The position numbers and the translations under genes were made by a program. From the NCBI GenBank assembly GCA_051313645.2, contig JBNRSN020000012.1:124682001-124746000 (forward strand): a stretch of 64,000 bases of DNA, given 5' to 3'. Below are positions 45,035-59,068 of the stretch, in pieces. This DNA is from Centroscyllium fabricii. Taxonomy: Eukaryota. The notes beneath the pieces were generated by a model, which made no database searches, had not been told where the DNA came from, and worked only from the letters and a program-made list of their open reading frames with translations. How positions within the stretch are numbered: the stretch's first letter is position 1; each line of letters opens with the position of its first letter.

Positions 45035-48000
45035 ATGGAGAGCAGCGCAGTGAAAGCGGACCGCCTCGACATCAATCCTCAGGCGCCCGATGCTGCAAAT
45101 AATTTCGAACACTGGTTTGGCTGTGTTGAGGCCTACATGAAGGCCGTGAAAGCAACCAGCGATGAGGACAAACTCCAGGTACTCTCATTGAGGATCAGCA
45201 GCCGGGTGTATTCCTTCATCAGAGGCATCAAAACTTATAAAGAGGCAGCCAAGGAGCTGAAGGACAGCTACATATGCCCGGTCCACTCGGTTTACGCCAG
45301 GCACATACTGGCGACCAGAAGACAACGACTGGGTGAGTCGAATGAGGAATTCCTGTTAGCGCTCCAAACCCTTGTACGGGCCTGTGACTGCCGGGCAACG
45401 ACAGCGGAAGAAGGGGCAAATCTCCTAGTCCGCGATGTGTACGTTGCAGGACTCAGGTCCAGCCAGGCCCGACAACGGCTGCTGCAGCAAGAGACACTGT
45501 CGCTCGAGTCTGCCATAACGCTCTCAAATGCAGTAGACGGGGCGCTCCAACGGATGGACGCGTACAAGGAAAACGACTCCCACGCAAGCCCACCTAACCT
45601 CTGGGCGCCTCAGGCACGGGCCAAAGCCCCAACGACAGCAGCGGCTGCTGCGAAGATGCCGGCGGCGCCAAGATGCTACTTCTGCGGCCAGGGAAAACAC
45701 CTGCGGGCACAATGCCTGGCGAAGAACGCGACCTGCGCGCGATGTGTGAAGAAGGGACACTACGCGAAAGCCTGCAGATCCAGCCCGGCCTCCAGGCCCA
45801 ACAGCGCGGCCTGCGATATCAGCGATACCACTCCGTGGCCACAGATACGGTGCTGCAGTGCGACCCAGCAGCGGTCAGCCGTGGGCAAATCGCGGGCGCC
45901 GCCATCCCTCCTGAAATCATGCGCACGCGGCACAGGCACCGCCATCTCCAGTGCGGCCGCGGCCGCCCATATGCAACCCCCCCGGCGCCGCCATCTTGCC
46001 CACAGAGGTCAGCCGTGTGCGAACCATGGGCACCGCCATCTTGCCCACAGTGGTCGGCTGCGTGCGAACCACGGGCACCGCCATCTTGCACACAGCAGTC
46101 AGCCGTGTGCGAATCACGTGCACCGCCATCTTGCCCACCGCGTATGAACCACGGGCGCCGCCATTTGCCCACAGCGGTCAGCCACGTGCGAACCACAGGC
46201 GCCGCCATCTTTGCCGCAACACCAGCCGGACACATGCAAAATGCCAGCGCCGCCATCTGCTGAGCGCTCATCTTGCCAACCGCCCCGGCAGGGGCCCCAG
46301 CTAGCGGAGGGCCCCCACACACACACAACATCAGCCACAGCCACTGTCGATGAGGCCAGGCCGCATACCTTGTCCAACTCAATGATGGGGATCAAGGTGG
46401 AGGGGTGATGCACAATCAATCACTACCAGTCGATGGTCAGATGTAATCGAGGCTTTTATTAACATAGAACTGGACACAGGTCTGATGATCTTCCAAGCCA
46501 AAGTGAAAGCACTCTTATACTCTGTGGGCGGAGCCTGGGGAGGAAGCCAAAGAGCGGGGTCCTCCCAGGTGAGTCCTCCATGACAAGAAGGCAAGGAGTT
46601 GCAACCTTATAGTACAGTTACAGTACAGTTACAGGGAGGGGACACAAGGGGGAGACAATATACAATATATACAAGATAGTGGTTTACCACAAGGGGCATG
46701 CCACTAACTGCCTGTTCGACACCGGTAGCACAGAGAGCTTCATTCACCCTGACAGTGCGGCACTATGCACTGCAGACCCAGCCCACGCACTACCAAATCT
46801 CCCTCACCTCAAAGTCCCACACGGCGGACATCAACGGCTACTGCAGCGTCACGCTCACCATCAGGGACCGCACTTACCGTAACTTTAAGCTGTACGTTCT
46901 CCCACAGCTGTGCACCCCAGTATTACTGGGACTGGATTTCCAGTGTCACCTGAAGAGCGTGACGATGGCTTTCGGTGGGTCCCTGGCCCCCCTCACCGTC
47001 AGTAGCCGGGACGGTCTCAACCTACCGCGGAGCTCGGCTTGCTGCCTGTCCACACTGAAAGTCAACCCCCCCTCACTGTTCGCCAACCTCGACCCCAAGT
47101 GCAAACCTATTGCAACCAAGAGTCGGCGGTACAGTGCAGGGGACCAGGCATTTATCAGTTCGGAGGTCGAGCGCCTGCTGAAGGAAGGGATCATTGAGGC
47201 CAGCACCAGCCCCTGGCGAGCCCAGGTCGTAGTGGTTAAGACAGGCGAGAAGCTGCGCATGGTCATTGACTATAGCCAGACCATTAACCATTACACCGGG
47301 CTTGACGCCTACCCACTACCCTGCATCTCGGATATGGTGAACCAGATCGCCCAATATAAGGTCTTTTCTACAATCAACCTCAAGTCGGCGTATCACCAGC
47401 TCCCCATCCAGAACTCTGACTGCCAGTACACCGCCTTCGAGGCGAACGGCCGGCTCTACCACTTCCTCCGGGTCCCCTTCGGCGTGACCAATGGAGTGTC
47501 GGTGTTCCAAAGGGAGATGGACCGGATGGTCGACCAGAACGAGTTGCAGGCCACCTTCCCTTACCTGGACAATATGACCATCTGTGGCCATGACCAGCAG
47601 GACCACGATGCCAACCTCGCCAAATTCCTGCACACGTCGAAACGGCTGGACCTAATGTACAATAAAGACAAGTGTGTCTTTAGTACGGACCGGCTCGCCA
47701 TCCTCGGCTACATAGTGGAAAACGGGGTCCTCGGCCCCGATCCCCAGCGTATGTGTCCCCTGCAAGAGCTGCCCTTACCTCACAACCTCAAAGCCCTGAA
47801 GAGATGTCTAGGGTTTTTTTCTTATTATGCACAATGGGTTCCGCAGTATGCGGATAAGGCCAGACCTCTCCTCAAGGCCGACGTCTTCCCACTCCCGGCA
47901 GAAGCCCAAACGGCGTTCGCCCAGATCAAGGAAGACATCATCAAGGCGACCATGCACGCCGTTGATGAGTCCATCCCTTTCCAAGTGGAAAGCGACGCTT

Positions 48001-49474
48001 CGGACTTTGCCCTCGCCGCCATCATTAACCAGGCAGGCAAGCCCGTAGCGTTCTTCTCCCGGACCCTACAGGGACCCGAAATTCGTCAGTCCGCAGTGGA
48101 AAAGGAGGCCCAGGCCATCGTGGAGGCAGTGCGCTACTGGAGCCACTACCTGGCCGGTAAGCGTTTTACCCTACTCACCGACCAATGGTCGGTGGCGTTC
48201 ATGTTTAACACTAAACAACGGTGTAAAATCAAGAATGATAAGATCCTTCGGTGGCGGATTGAGCTCTCGACTTACGAGTACGACATTCTTTACCGGCCAG
48301 GCAAGCTCAACGAGCCCCCGGACGCCCTGTCCAGGGGAACGTGCGCCAGCGCCCAGCTCGACCGGCTGCAGGCCCTCCACGATCGCCTCTGCCACCCGGG
48401 TGTCACCAGACTCGCCCACTTTGTCAAAGCCCGTAGTCTCCCCTATCCCATCTCGGAGATTAAGGCTATGACCAAAGAGTGCCCTGTCTGCGCTGAATGC
48501 ACACCCCAATTTTTCAGGCCAGACAGGGCGCACCTCATCAAGACCACCCGCCCCTTTGAATGCCTGAGCGTGGACTTCAAAGGTCCCCTCCCCTCCACTG
48601 ACCGCAACTCGTATTTCCTCACGGTCATCAACGAGTTCTCACGCTTCCCCTTTGCCTTCCCCTGCCCAGATATGATGAGCGCAACGGTGATCAAGCACTT
48701 CACCACGCTGTTCGCCATTTTCGGTCTCCCCAGCTACATCCATAGCAACCGGGGGTTGTCATTCATGAGCGACGAACTGCGTCAGTTTCTGCTCCAGAAG
48801 GGGATTGCCTCGAGCAGAACGACCAGTTATAACCCCCGGGGGAACAGCCAGGTAGAAAGGGAGAACGGGACGATCTGGAGGGCGGTCACCCTGGCCCTGA
48901 AGTCCAGAGGCCTTCCAGCCTCCCGTTGGCAGGAGGTCCTCCCAGACGCGCTCCATTCCATCCGCTCTCTGCTGTGTACCACTACCAATGCCACACCTCA
49001 TGACCTATTGTTTTCCTTCCCCAGGAAATCGACCTCGGGGACAGCACTCCCGCTGTGGCTGACCGCGCAGGGGCCAGTCTTGCTTAGGAAGCACGTTCGC
49101 GGCCACAAGACGGACCCCTTGGTGGAACAGGTGCACCTGCTCCACGCCAACCCGCAATATGCTTACGTGGCATACCCGGACAGGCGTGAAGACACGGTTT
49201 CGATCAGGGACCTGGTGCCCGCCGGAACCACGATAACAGGACCCCGGTCGAGCCTCAGCTCGACCAGCCAACACCCACCGAATACTGGCCCCCATACGCA
49301 CACACACCGGGGCCCTCAACTCCACCGGCCGACTAACTGAGGTCAGACGCCACGCCGCTAAAACTATCGGCGGAGAGCACGACCCCGACCCCGCAACCGG
49401 CACCACCATCACCGACGCCCCGGCGGTCTCTCAGGCAGACACGACTGCCGGAGAGACTGATTGCTCAATGTTAA
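45035..49474 (+). pseudogene. gag-pol: Element G gag-pol; frameshifts and a solo-LTR insertion in protease
   Basis: gag with CCHC; 45-bp repeat 45930-46280; FDTGS; YLDN; RNase H; integrase ending RRSLRQTRLPERLIAQC. Confidence 0.94.
46406..46691 (-). mobile_element. Solo LTR inserted in the protease of G
   Basis: TG..CA ends; TSD AGGGG (46401-46405 / 46692-46696); homolog at 55798-56099; host frame MMGIKVEG|HATNCLFDTGS resumes. Confidence 0.93.
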
Positions 49475-50305
49475 CGGACTGTATATGTTGATGCATGTTC
49501 ACCCCGCCGGACTCATTTTTAAAGAAGGGGTGAATGTGGTAAGCATGTATTTTACCACTTGTACATAGTACCTGGGTACCTGTAAATATCTGTCGGCTGG
49601 GACAGCCCCACCCCTAACTCCTACCCTCAGGTCGGAGTAGATAGGTGGTTGCTGACCAGCCCCCACTCATTCTTCACCTTGACCTCACCAGAAGACCAGC
49701 TCCATTCTTAGTTAATAAAAGCCTGTAGTTTAGGTAACTACTTGTCTTTGTGTATTAATTGACGATACGTCACTATGAAAAGGTCCAACTTGGAAACAAA
49801 GGTATATTCATTAGCATAGTCAAGTCACAACATTATTCCTTCCTACTATTAGAAGTGTGGCTAGAAATGAAATGGGTTGTGAATGGGATGCTATAATGAA
49901 GCTACAAACCTTGAACACTAGCTCTGGAGAAACAAATGGAAGCGGTACAAATAATCTGCATGCTTAGAAATAGCATCAGATTGTCATGTCACATTTTAGA
50001 AAGTTGAATGTTAAAGACTGACTTTCTCGATCTCCAGAGCAGTCAGCTGTCCATATACACAGGTATGTCACAAATACCTGTTAAATATTGTAATCAATCT
50101 GCTGCACTACAAACTATCCAACTGGACAGCTATGAAAACAGAATATTTGGAGCAGGTGCCCTCCAGCTCTTTTGAGTAACTGAGCTCATCTGAACACTCC
50201 CTGAAAGAGAAGCAATGTCTAATACAGAAGAATGAAGTGGTCTTAAGTAACATATGTTTAACCAACAAAACCATTAAGTCGCAGCTAGGTGCTATAATAC
50301 ACATT

Positions 50306-51095
50306 GGGGGGGATTTTCCTCGGTCCGTGAGGGTGGCGATCCGGCGGGGCAGGGCCTAAAATCGCAGAACCGGGGGGTCGTGATCCCCCACCGGATCGCT
50401 GTTGGCTTGTAAGTTTCGCGCAGCGTGTCCCACCGTCCCGGAACTTTCGCGCCCGCCACTGGCGGGAATGCTCGTTAAAGTCATTAAGGGACCATAATTG
50501 GTCTGCATCATGCCATTTTAAGGGCCCTCTCCTATTTTCCACCCCTTCCCACCCAAACCCCACCATCCTGAAACCCCGCTGGTGAAACCCAGCGGGATCA
50601 CAGTGGCCTTGGTCACCTTCTCCTTCAAGGTATTGAAGGACCTACAGCAAAATGCTTTCCAGGCCTTCAATACCCTGGAGGTGTAAGTGACTCCATTGGG
50701 TGAAGACCAGCTGTGGGAAAAAACTTAAAAATCTTACCTTGCCAGCTCCATTGACAGACAGTCCCTAGCTGCAAAGATTTGCAGACCACCCGTCCACCTG
50801 TCTGGCAAAGCACTTGGCCTTTCCGATTGGTTGCACTCCACTGTGATATCACAGTGGAGTGTTTCCATGGGAACTGTCAACAACCAGTCCCTGGAACTGT
50901 CTATCAAGCTCCCCGCAGCCCGCTGGAGCTCTGACTCGATTGAAACAATTACCAGGGGCTCCCCACACACGGGGATTTAATTGATCAATTTGTGTAAAAT
51001 TGCCTCAGCTTTCCAGGCCCTTGGGCGGGCGGGACAGAAACCCAACCCAACCAATCACCGCCAGCTTCCCGAACCTCCTGGAAAATCTCCCCCCC
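50306..51095. mobile_element. Harbinger-like MITE
   Basis: GGGGGGGATTTTCC / GGAAAATCTCCCC termini; homologous to 38408-39200 and 44162-44734. Confidence 0.75.
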
Positions 51096-51504
51096 CCCCG
51101 TGTGTTTACAGTCGCTAACAGTTTACACACAAAATTAGTCAGAGCTAGTCATTTCAAAAGAAGACACCATGGCCATTTTCAGGTGCTAAACTGCCACCTA
51201 GGCATCCAGTCTGGTGGACGGGTTAAAGGCAGAAAAAGAGGCGTCCAGGGCCCACACCTCAAACAAGTGTTAGGTCCCCTATTTACATATGCAAAGAGGC
51301 GCATGTTGAAGTCTCCTTTCCAAAATTGGGTTGCCTTGAATGTAGCTGGTGTCCGGAAGGCTGCATTCAGCAAAATTTTATCTACATGCGATCTAACTAG
51401 TGGTCCTTAAAGGGCCCGCTGGAGGCCGCCATCAAAAAAATGTACGTTTTTAAAGAAAATACACAGCTGGATGCAGAGTGCTGCTTTTGGCTCCACTGCA
51501 GAGA

Positions 51505-52330
51505 CAAAGACCATTGCACCCTCCATTGTGTTGAGTGGCACTACCACCGTGCTAAATGGGGTAGATTCAGAACAGATCTAGCAGCTCAAAACTGGGCATC
51601 CATGAGGTGCTGTGGGCCATCTGCTGTGTATTCCACCACAATCCCCCACCATCAACATACTGGGAGTCAACATTGACCAGAAACCTAACTGGACCAGCCA
51701 TATAAATAATATGGCAACAAGAACACGTCAGAGGCTAGGTATTCTGTGGCGAGTGTCTAACCTCCTGACTCCCCAAAGCCTTTCCCACATCTAGAATGCA
51801 CAAGTAAGGAGTGTGATGGAATATTCTCCACCTGTCTGCATGAGTGCAGCTCCAACAACACTCAAGAAGCTCGACACCATCTAGGACAAAGCAACTGCTT
51901 GATTGGCACCCCATCCACCACCTTAAACATTCACTCCCTCCACCACCAGTGTACCATGGCTGCAGTATGTATCATCTACAAAATGCACTGCAGCAACTCA
52001 CCAAGGCTTCTTCGGTAGCACCTCCCAAACCCGTGACCTCTTCCACCTAGAAGGGCAAGGGCAGCAGGCACATGGGAATACCACCATCTCCAAGTTCCCC
52101 TCAAAGTCACACACCATCCTGACTTAGAGGTATATCGCTGATCCTTCATTGTCACTGGGTCAAAATCCTGGAACTACCTACCTAATAGCACTGTGGGAGT
52201 ACCTTCACCACACGGACTGCAGCGGTTCAAGAAGGCGGCTCACCACCATCTTCTCAAGGGCAATTAAGGATGGGCAATAAATGCTGGCCTTGCCAGCGAC
52301 GCCCACATCCTGGGAATGAATTAAAAAAAA
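51505..52330 (+). mobile_element. Internally deleted LINE (CR1/L2/Jockey-group RT tail) with A-rich end
   Basis: Peptides WHYHRAKWGRFRTDL and INILGVNIDQKPNWTSHI..AQVRSVMEYS; 3' end shared with the SINE at 36993-37477. Confidence 0.75.
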
Positions 52331-52855
52331 GCCTCCTCTTGACCCCCCACCTGATTATGCACCCTCCAACCCGATCGCTTTCCACCTTTCCTGATCGCCC
52401 CTCATCTCTCAAACGCCAGTGAAAAACAATTTCTAGGCCACTGAGATTAATTTTTTTTATGGCACATATAATGTTTCAAAATATCTATTAAATTACAGAA
52501 TAATAGATGCATGGATAGGATTACAAAGCAGTAATCTAATTAAGAGGTTCAGATGATCTCATTAACTATAAGAGTAAAGTTCAGGCAGCTTATAAAAGTC
52601 ACTGAACACCATAATTAAATCATTGCCTTGAAATTTCTCCAGATTTCTTTATTTTTAAAGGTATAAAACTAACTTCATCTGGTGGTTTGGTTTTTCTTCA
52701 AATAACAGCTACCACTACAGATGTTCATTAGCAATCATTTATAATATGTCATTTATATAGTATGACATTTACGTCAAAGGATTAGCAATCGTAAAGTCAT
52801 TACTGCCAGTCTATTGAGAAATAATGACTATGATTACTGAGATGAATTCTTAAAA

Positions 52856-53147
52856 AAAATGGATTAACTGGCCATTCATCTCATTGCTGTATGTGCGATG
52901 TTGTTTGGGCAGAATCACTGCCGTGTTAGCCTACATAATTTTCCCTCAACCAACATCACTAAAGCAGATTATCTGGTCATTTTCACATTGCTGTTCATGG
53001 GAGCTTGCTGTGCGCAAATAGGCTGCCGCATTTCCCACATTACAACAGTGACTCCACTTTAAAAAAAGTACTTCATTGGCTGTAAAGTGCTTTGAGACAT
53101 CCGGTGGTTGTGAAAAGTGCTATATAAATGCAAGTCTTTCTTTCTTT
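52856..53147 (+). mobile_element. Deu-domain SINE (SacSINE1/AmnSINE-like), a younger piece abutting an older one
   Basis: CAGATTATCTGGTCATTTTCACATTGCTG..GGGAGCTTGCTGTGCGCAAATAGGCTGCC..GCTATATAAATGCAAGT(CTTT)n. Confidence 0.8.
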
Positions 53148-53184
53148 ATAACAAGAGCCACTGCACTTCAAAGATTACTCAATA

Positions 53185-53922
53185 TCCGAGAATTTAACTT
53201 GGGGTGTGAATTGGGTGAGCAGGGGCCGAGGCCAGCAGCAGACCCTCACCCTGAATGGCTGTTGAGCTGTTGGCCTCCTCCAACTGCCGGCGTGCAGTGC
53301 TTGCGTATCCCAGCGGCGCAGTTACTGTGATGCGTCCCCTGGGATCACGTGGGCCATGGAGAGCCAATTGGAGCAGAGAATGCTCCATTCATAAGTTTGA
53401 CAGGAAGAGCTGTCAAAACAATGACTACTATAAGCCCCAAAACATCGCTAAAACGTTAAATAAATGAAAAGAAAACACATTTTTAAACTAACTAAATTTC
53501 ATGAAATAACTATTTTAAACAATAATTTAAATTTTTGAAAAAATTAATTATATTTTCTAATGGGGCTAAAAATAAACTTACCTTTCTTTAAAGTATTTAT
53601 AAATAATAAACCTGTGGAAAAAATGTTGCAATTTTAATTAATTCACTACTTACCTTGTTAAAAGCAGGTCTTACGCCTGTTTTTTTCATGTGTAAAATAT
53701 TCACTTACCCGGACAGAAAGACCTGTAAAAAAAAACGTAAGTGCAATGCACACATGCTGCTTCGCCCGCACATGTGCTTCACCTCTTAACCCCTTAGTTC
53801 GGGGGAACGGAAGTGCCAGTTTCCTGCGCATGCGCAGTGCATGCACGAAACCGGCACTTTTGTGGGGCCTACGGGTGAGTACCCCATGTGTACTCATCCG
53901 TGTAGACCCCAATTTCTGGGCC
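53185..53922. mobile_element. Harbinger-like MITE (inverted copy of 35305-36064; left end uncertain)
   Basis: Collinear reverse-complement match over about 650 bp; right TIR ATTTCTGGGCC. Confidence 0.75.
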
Positions 53923-54119
53923 GATAACTCCTGGGCCTCATCTGGTCAGTTGCCTGACCGAAACTGGTGACAAGTGGTAGCTGGCTGACAGGTGTGAGCG
54001 AAATGTCAGGTGGCAGGAGCCCACCGACAAAGACTGAAGGAACGGTCTCAAGCAAGCAGGAACTGAAGGTTTCAGAAAGTGTCTGGTGATTGGCTAGTGA
54101 CGAGTGGGAGTTCGGGGTA

Positions 54120-54444
54120 GGGGGTGTAAATTTTCCTTGTGGAAATTTTCCCCAGAAGGAAAATAAAAAAATCTTAATAAATTGACCTCTTTGGGCCTTT
54201 TCTGGTCCCAATTCTTCATCTTTCCGCTAGCTTCACATAGCGGGAAAGCCACAAAGGCTTCCCTGCTCAGGCCACTGGCTAAAATAGCAGTCAGCCCCCA
54301 TGACGTCATTGGAGGCCGGGGGATCCTATCCATCTGCTCAGCAGAGCAGGTTAAAATTGAAGACTGCAGGAAAGGAGTGGTGCGTCGGCGGGCAAGTCTC
54401 CCGCCCAGTTTCCATCAAGTGGGCAGGGTTAAAATTACCCCCCA
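54120..54444. mobile_element. Short Harbinger-like MITE
   Basis: GGGGGGTGTAAATTTT / AAAATTACCCCCC termini. Confidence 0.5.
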
Positions 54445-55797
54445 TTGTATAAGACATTTCAACATGATAAGCTGCTTTATAAAAAATATCATTCTGTTGG
54501 TGCTACTAGCTATTGATTTTCCTTGTCATTTTCAATTTCTATAATTAACAAGTGTTGTGCATTAGACTTTTGAAGTAGTATGGCGGAGTGCCAAGCTACA
54601 AAAGAAATAAGAGAAAACATTTTCAAAGATTTGCAATGAGAAATTAACCTTTATTTCCTGAGGGTATTTTCATTCACATCAGAATCCCACTTTTCTTTTA
54701 GTTTTCGCTTCAGTCTCTTCAAGTTCATTGTCCTTGTGTCACATCAGACAAGGAGATAAGGGATCATTGCAGGTGATGGCTCCATAAGATAATGGTACAC
54801 ATTCTTTATCAATGCAAAAGGAAATTGTGGTGAGAATGATGACTGTTTTGGCAGTCTGTGGCTTGCTTTCCGCACTCTGTTAGTGACACATCCCGTGAAT
54901 GCAGAGATGTCTGAAAAGCAGGAGTGGAAGAACACATTATTGCCAACATGGTGGTTATCAAAACATGTGTAAAGATAATTCCCACTAGAAATACTTAAGA
55001 ATATTTTCTTTTAAGAACGTTTACGTAAATAAAAAAATGACTGTCAATGAATAATTGCTTAGTTTGCTTCCATTTGACTTCGAGCTCTACTTTACACCCT
55101 ACTTGAGAAGTATTTTTTAAATTAAAAAAATATTTCACCACTTAATGTGCGAATATTTTTCTTCATTTAACAAAATAGCTTTAAACATAACTTCCATTTA
55201 GTATATTGTTTAACATCATGTAAATTCTGCTGGACCAATATTAATTTTTCGTTTTTTTACTGTTTGATTTCAAGCCAGAGATTGCTGCTGCCCTATCAAA
55301 TGTATACATTCTAGTAGGAGATGTAAGCATACAATGGCAGGCTACATGGGTAGAAACCCTTAACATCCGAGAAATTAACTTAGCAGGAGGAGAAGGGCAC
55401 GGAGTAACCCTTCCAAGTTGTTTCCAAGTGAATTTGGAGGTCCCATGTCCACAGTTGCTTCATGATAACCGAGTGCATCTATGAAAGACTGCAATAATGC
55501 AAATAGACCACAGCAGGAACAAAATGTTTGACTGAAACTGATCTGTTGAAGATATCATAGCAGAACTTTGATAATCAGTGTTTTACTTTTATATTGTCAG
55601 AACCAGCAAGTAAGGAGGGTGCACAAGAATCAGCTGAAAATGAGATACCAGGCCTGCCTACATCTGGTTGGGTGTAGAAAATCAAACAGCTCTTCACTTT
55701 CACTCACCAGCTCAGACAGAGTCACTGGGAATCAATATGGGGTAGATGAGGAACCATCACTGGCCGAGTCATCGTGCACAAGAAAGCTAGAGGATTG

Positions 55798-56099
55798 TGT
55801 GGTAAACCACTGTCTTGTATATATTGTATATATGTCTCCCCCTTGTGTCCCCACCCTGTAACTGTGCTATAACCATACAATGAAGTGCAACTCCTTGCCT
55901 TCTTATCAGGGAGGACTCACCTGGGAGGACCCCGCTCTTTGGCTTCCTCCCCAGGCTCCGCCCACTGAGTATAAGAGTGCCAGCACACTTGAGTGCTTTC
56001 ACTTCGGCTTGGAAGATCGTCAGACCTGTGTCCATTTCTATGTCAATAAAAGCCTCGATTACATCTGACCATCGACTGGTAGTAATTGATTGTGCATCA
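55798..56099 (+). mobile_element. Solo LTR
   Basis: TGTGG..ATCA; TATAA and AATAAA; TSD GATTG (55793-55797 / 56100-56104); same family as 46406-46691. Confidence 0.93.
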
Positions 56100-58074
56100 G
56101 ATTGGAAGTGGAGCATGATGTTGCTGAACAGCAGATTCAGAAATGTCATTCAGAGCAGAGCAAATGACAATGCTCCTGATGATCCTGCCGTGAAGTGAAA
56201 CAATCTCGCACAGCATCATATACGTGTGAAAGCACTGTACGGCCTCTCAGCAGATGCACAGCAGTGGGTAAATGGACATAGATTCAAATACCACTCCCTG
56301 CCATAAAATATAAGAACGATTATATTCCATGCAGTGCTTACTAGAGAGAGTGGCATCTCTAGAGACAACAAGAAGGTCTTTAGGCCAGTCAATATATTCC
56401 AAGTTAAAGCTTTGACAGCTGGCTTTCAGGTCTAAAATTGGGCGCGGTGTAAAACAGGCTGCCGATTCATCTTGGGGTATCAGTCACCCTCTGGTACCCC
56501 ACCAAGTGATCATCCTTTATCTTTAGGCTATGTGTGTTGGCAAGCATTTTGACGGCAGGAAGCAGAGGTAACTAAACAATCAGGAGAGGAAAACCTGGCT
56601 GATATTTCACCTCCCTAGGCCAGGTCCTGGCACTTTAGTGACAGAGTACGTATCCATGCCAGCTAATCTTGCCAGGAATGCTTTGTTTAGCCACCCCAAA
56701 GGGCAGAGTTTACATACAGTATTGGTGATCCGATTGCTGTCAGGTGAGGTTCTGTGTCCGATAGGCGAGAAGGACAGCACTTATGCACCCAAATGGTGCA
56801 GAGGTTAATCAGAACTTCAAATATAGCTTCATCAATGCCTGAATTGTAAATCTTCCAGAGCCGAATCTTAAAGAAAACTAGATTCTCACTCCTACTGCTA
56901 ACAGGCATTTTGTTGAGCAGCAGGTAATTTTATTTCTGAACTGGTCCTGAAATTTTCAGAAATCAGTTTCCAGTATTAGGTTGGCCTGAAGACAATAAGG
57001 AAACTTTCAACTGCTATTTAAAAACATTTTTTTCAACTTACCATTTACTTTGCAGCTGATTTTTTATTAATAGCAATGCATTGCTATAAAGAGTCATTTA
57101 AAAGCCCCATTTCCTTGCCCTGTGTTAGTGAATGAAATGAAAGTGGTGGTGTTGTTGTTAGGAAGCGTCTCTCATCAGCTGATGGGGGGAGAGATAGGCT
57201 GCACGAAAATGGGCTTGATTAAAATGTTCAGGCTCTCATTCTCCCTTCCTGCCACTACCTTCCCACAGACATCACTCGCAACCAGCTCACGGCAACAAAT
57301 CAACTGTTAATCATTTTCCGATTCATTTTAAACCTGAAACGTGATATTCCTTTGTCCTTTAACAATGAATGTGTTCAAATTGAACATTTAGGGTTTGCCA
57401 TTTCAAGATTGAAATATTGTAAGTTTAAAGAAAAATCGATAGACAATTAAGTGGCACCATAATTCTGTCTATTTTAATGTTTATCAGTATTTATTTATAA
57501 TGTATAGGATTTCTGACAAAAAAAAACTATGGATGTACATTGAGCTAAGTACATACAATTGATTGTTCCACAATAATTCACCGAGAAGACTCCAACAAAA
57601 CAAGTCTCAAACACTATACTAAATATATGTTGCTGATGGTAGATGTATACCTCTCGACACCAATTATCAAAGTCTGCATGAATCAATTATTAGAACTATT
57701 TCATGGGAGCAGTCTATTTCTTTCATAATTTTTTACTTAAATATCTGAATCTGCATTTTTGGGACATTACTTTAGATATGTTCCATTTCAATTTTGCAGT
57801 TAATTGTAGGAAAATACAATGCACTCAATGTAACAACTATTTACAGAAAGTAATCTAGGACAGATATTTCCATTCTTTAAAGAAAGTTATAGAAGGGCTG
57901 GTCATAACTTTTTTAGAGAATTATTTTTTCAACATTCTCTGTGCCGAATTTGTGGGTGGTTCACTCTGCAATTGGGTTTTGGGAAATCAATACTTTGAAA
58001 CAAATGGGGAGACAAATTGTAAGCAGCGCAAGACTTCAAAACGACTAATATAACCAATGTGACAAAGACACTTA

Positions 58075-59068
58075 GGGGGAAAAGTTCGGTTGGTTGCACC
58101 TCCTGTTCGTACCTTAGGAGGGCGCTAATGGGGGCACAAAGCAACTAACGCCCGGGCGTAGCGAGTTTAACGCTGCTCGGGAAATTGACTAGGCATTTTG
58201 CGGTGGCGCTAAACTCTACCGCCACGATCTCCTGCGCCGGCAGATTGTGACGTCATTCGAGTGCGCAATGTCGCGGAGTGGATATTGAGTGGTGCCCCCT
58301 GCCTTACCGCCTGCCGCTAACAACAATAGGTTGAGGGGAGCGTTCTGCAGTCAGAAAGGGACCGGGGGAGCGCTATTTAAAGGTGACTGCTTCCTGCCTT
58401 TTTTTTGTTGGTGACATTTTTGCACCACGCATTCTGAGAGAGTGAGAGAGAGACTTCTGGAAAGATTCAACACTGTGTGAAGGAATTTTGGGTACTGAGC
58501 AGTACTTTGCAGGTTCATTTTGATTTGCCCTTCCTTGTATCGATTTAGAAGAGAATGTGGGGGTTGCACTCTCAGCTCTTTTACTGGGGCTCTCCATTGT
58601 TCTTCCCAGCAAATTTGATGTACCTGTTTCTCCAGGCCGAGATTCAAGGCTGTAATGAGCAGGATGTGATTGGCGAACAAGATCAACCCTCCCCTCTAAG
58701 ATAAAAACAGAAAATGCAGGAGAAACTCAGCAGGTCAAGCAGCATCTGTGAAGAGAGAAACAGAGTTAACATTTCAGGTCAATGACCATTCGTGAGACCT
58801 CTCCTTTAAGAATTGGATGTTGCCAGTGTGTCTGTGTTCCATTGCAGACTGACATCACATGAGCTGTGCCAGCGCTCTGAGGTAATGCCTCGCTCCTCAG
58901 CCTTTGCACCTTAACAGAGGTGTGTAGCGCCTGATTTAGAGCTCCAGTCACCTCCAGGGGCGTTAAAAGCCAAGTTTGCAGTTGGAGGCGATAATTAGCG
59001 GCAGGCGCGAAATTTAGCGCTGCGCCGAGTGTAGCGCCCCAAATGGGGCGATACCAAATTTTTCCCCC
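58075..59068. mobile_element. ~1-kb non-autonomous PIF/Harbinger-like element (copy 2, inverted)
   Basis: TIRs GGGGGAAAA / TTTTCCCCC; perfect TTA TSD; collinear with 3592-4593. Confidence 0.85.

Larger units (their letters stand above)
44774..49772 (+). mobile_element. Ty3/Gypsy LTR retrotransposon G (no tRNA PBS), interrupted by a solo LTR
   Basis: 238-bp LTRs 44774-45011 and 49535-49772 (about 9 differences); TSD CTATG; PPT AAAGAAGGGGTGAA. Confidence 0.97.

Noticed and set aside
44162-51095. Inverted MITE pair flanking element G as a composite transposon (likewise 3592/58075 and 35305/53185 pairs)
   Set aside because: Each copy has its own termini, the copies are well diverged and no convincing shared outer TSD was seen; independent insertions suffice.
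55601-55609. 9-nt microexon (AG|AACCAGCAA|GTAAG)
   Set aside because: Splice-like signals only; too short to support without RNA data.
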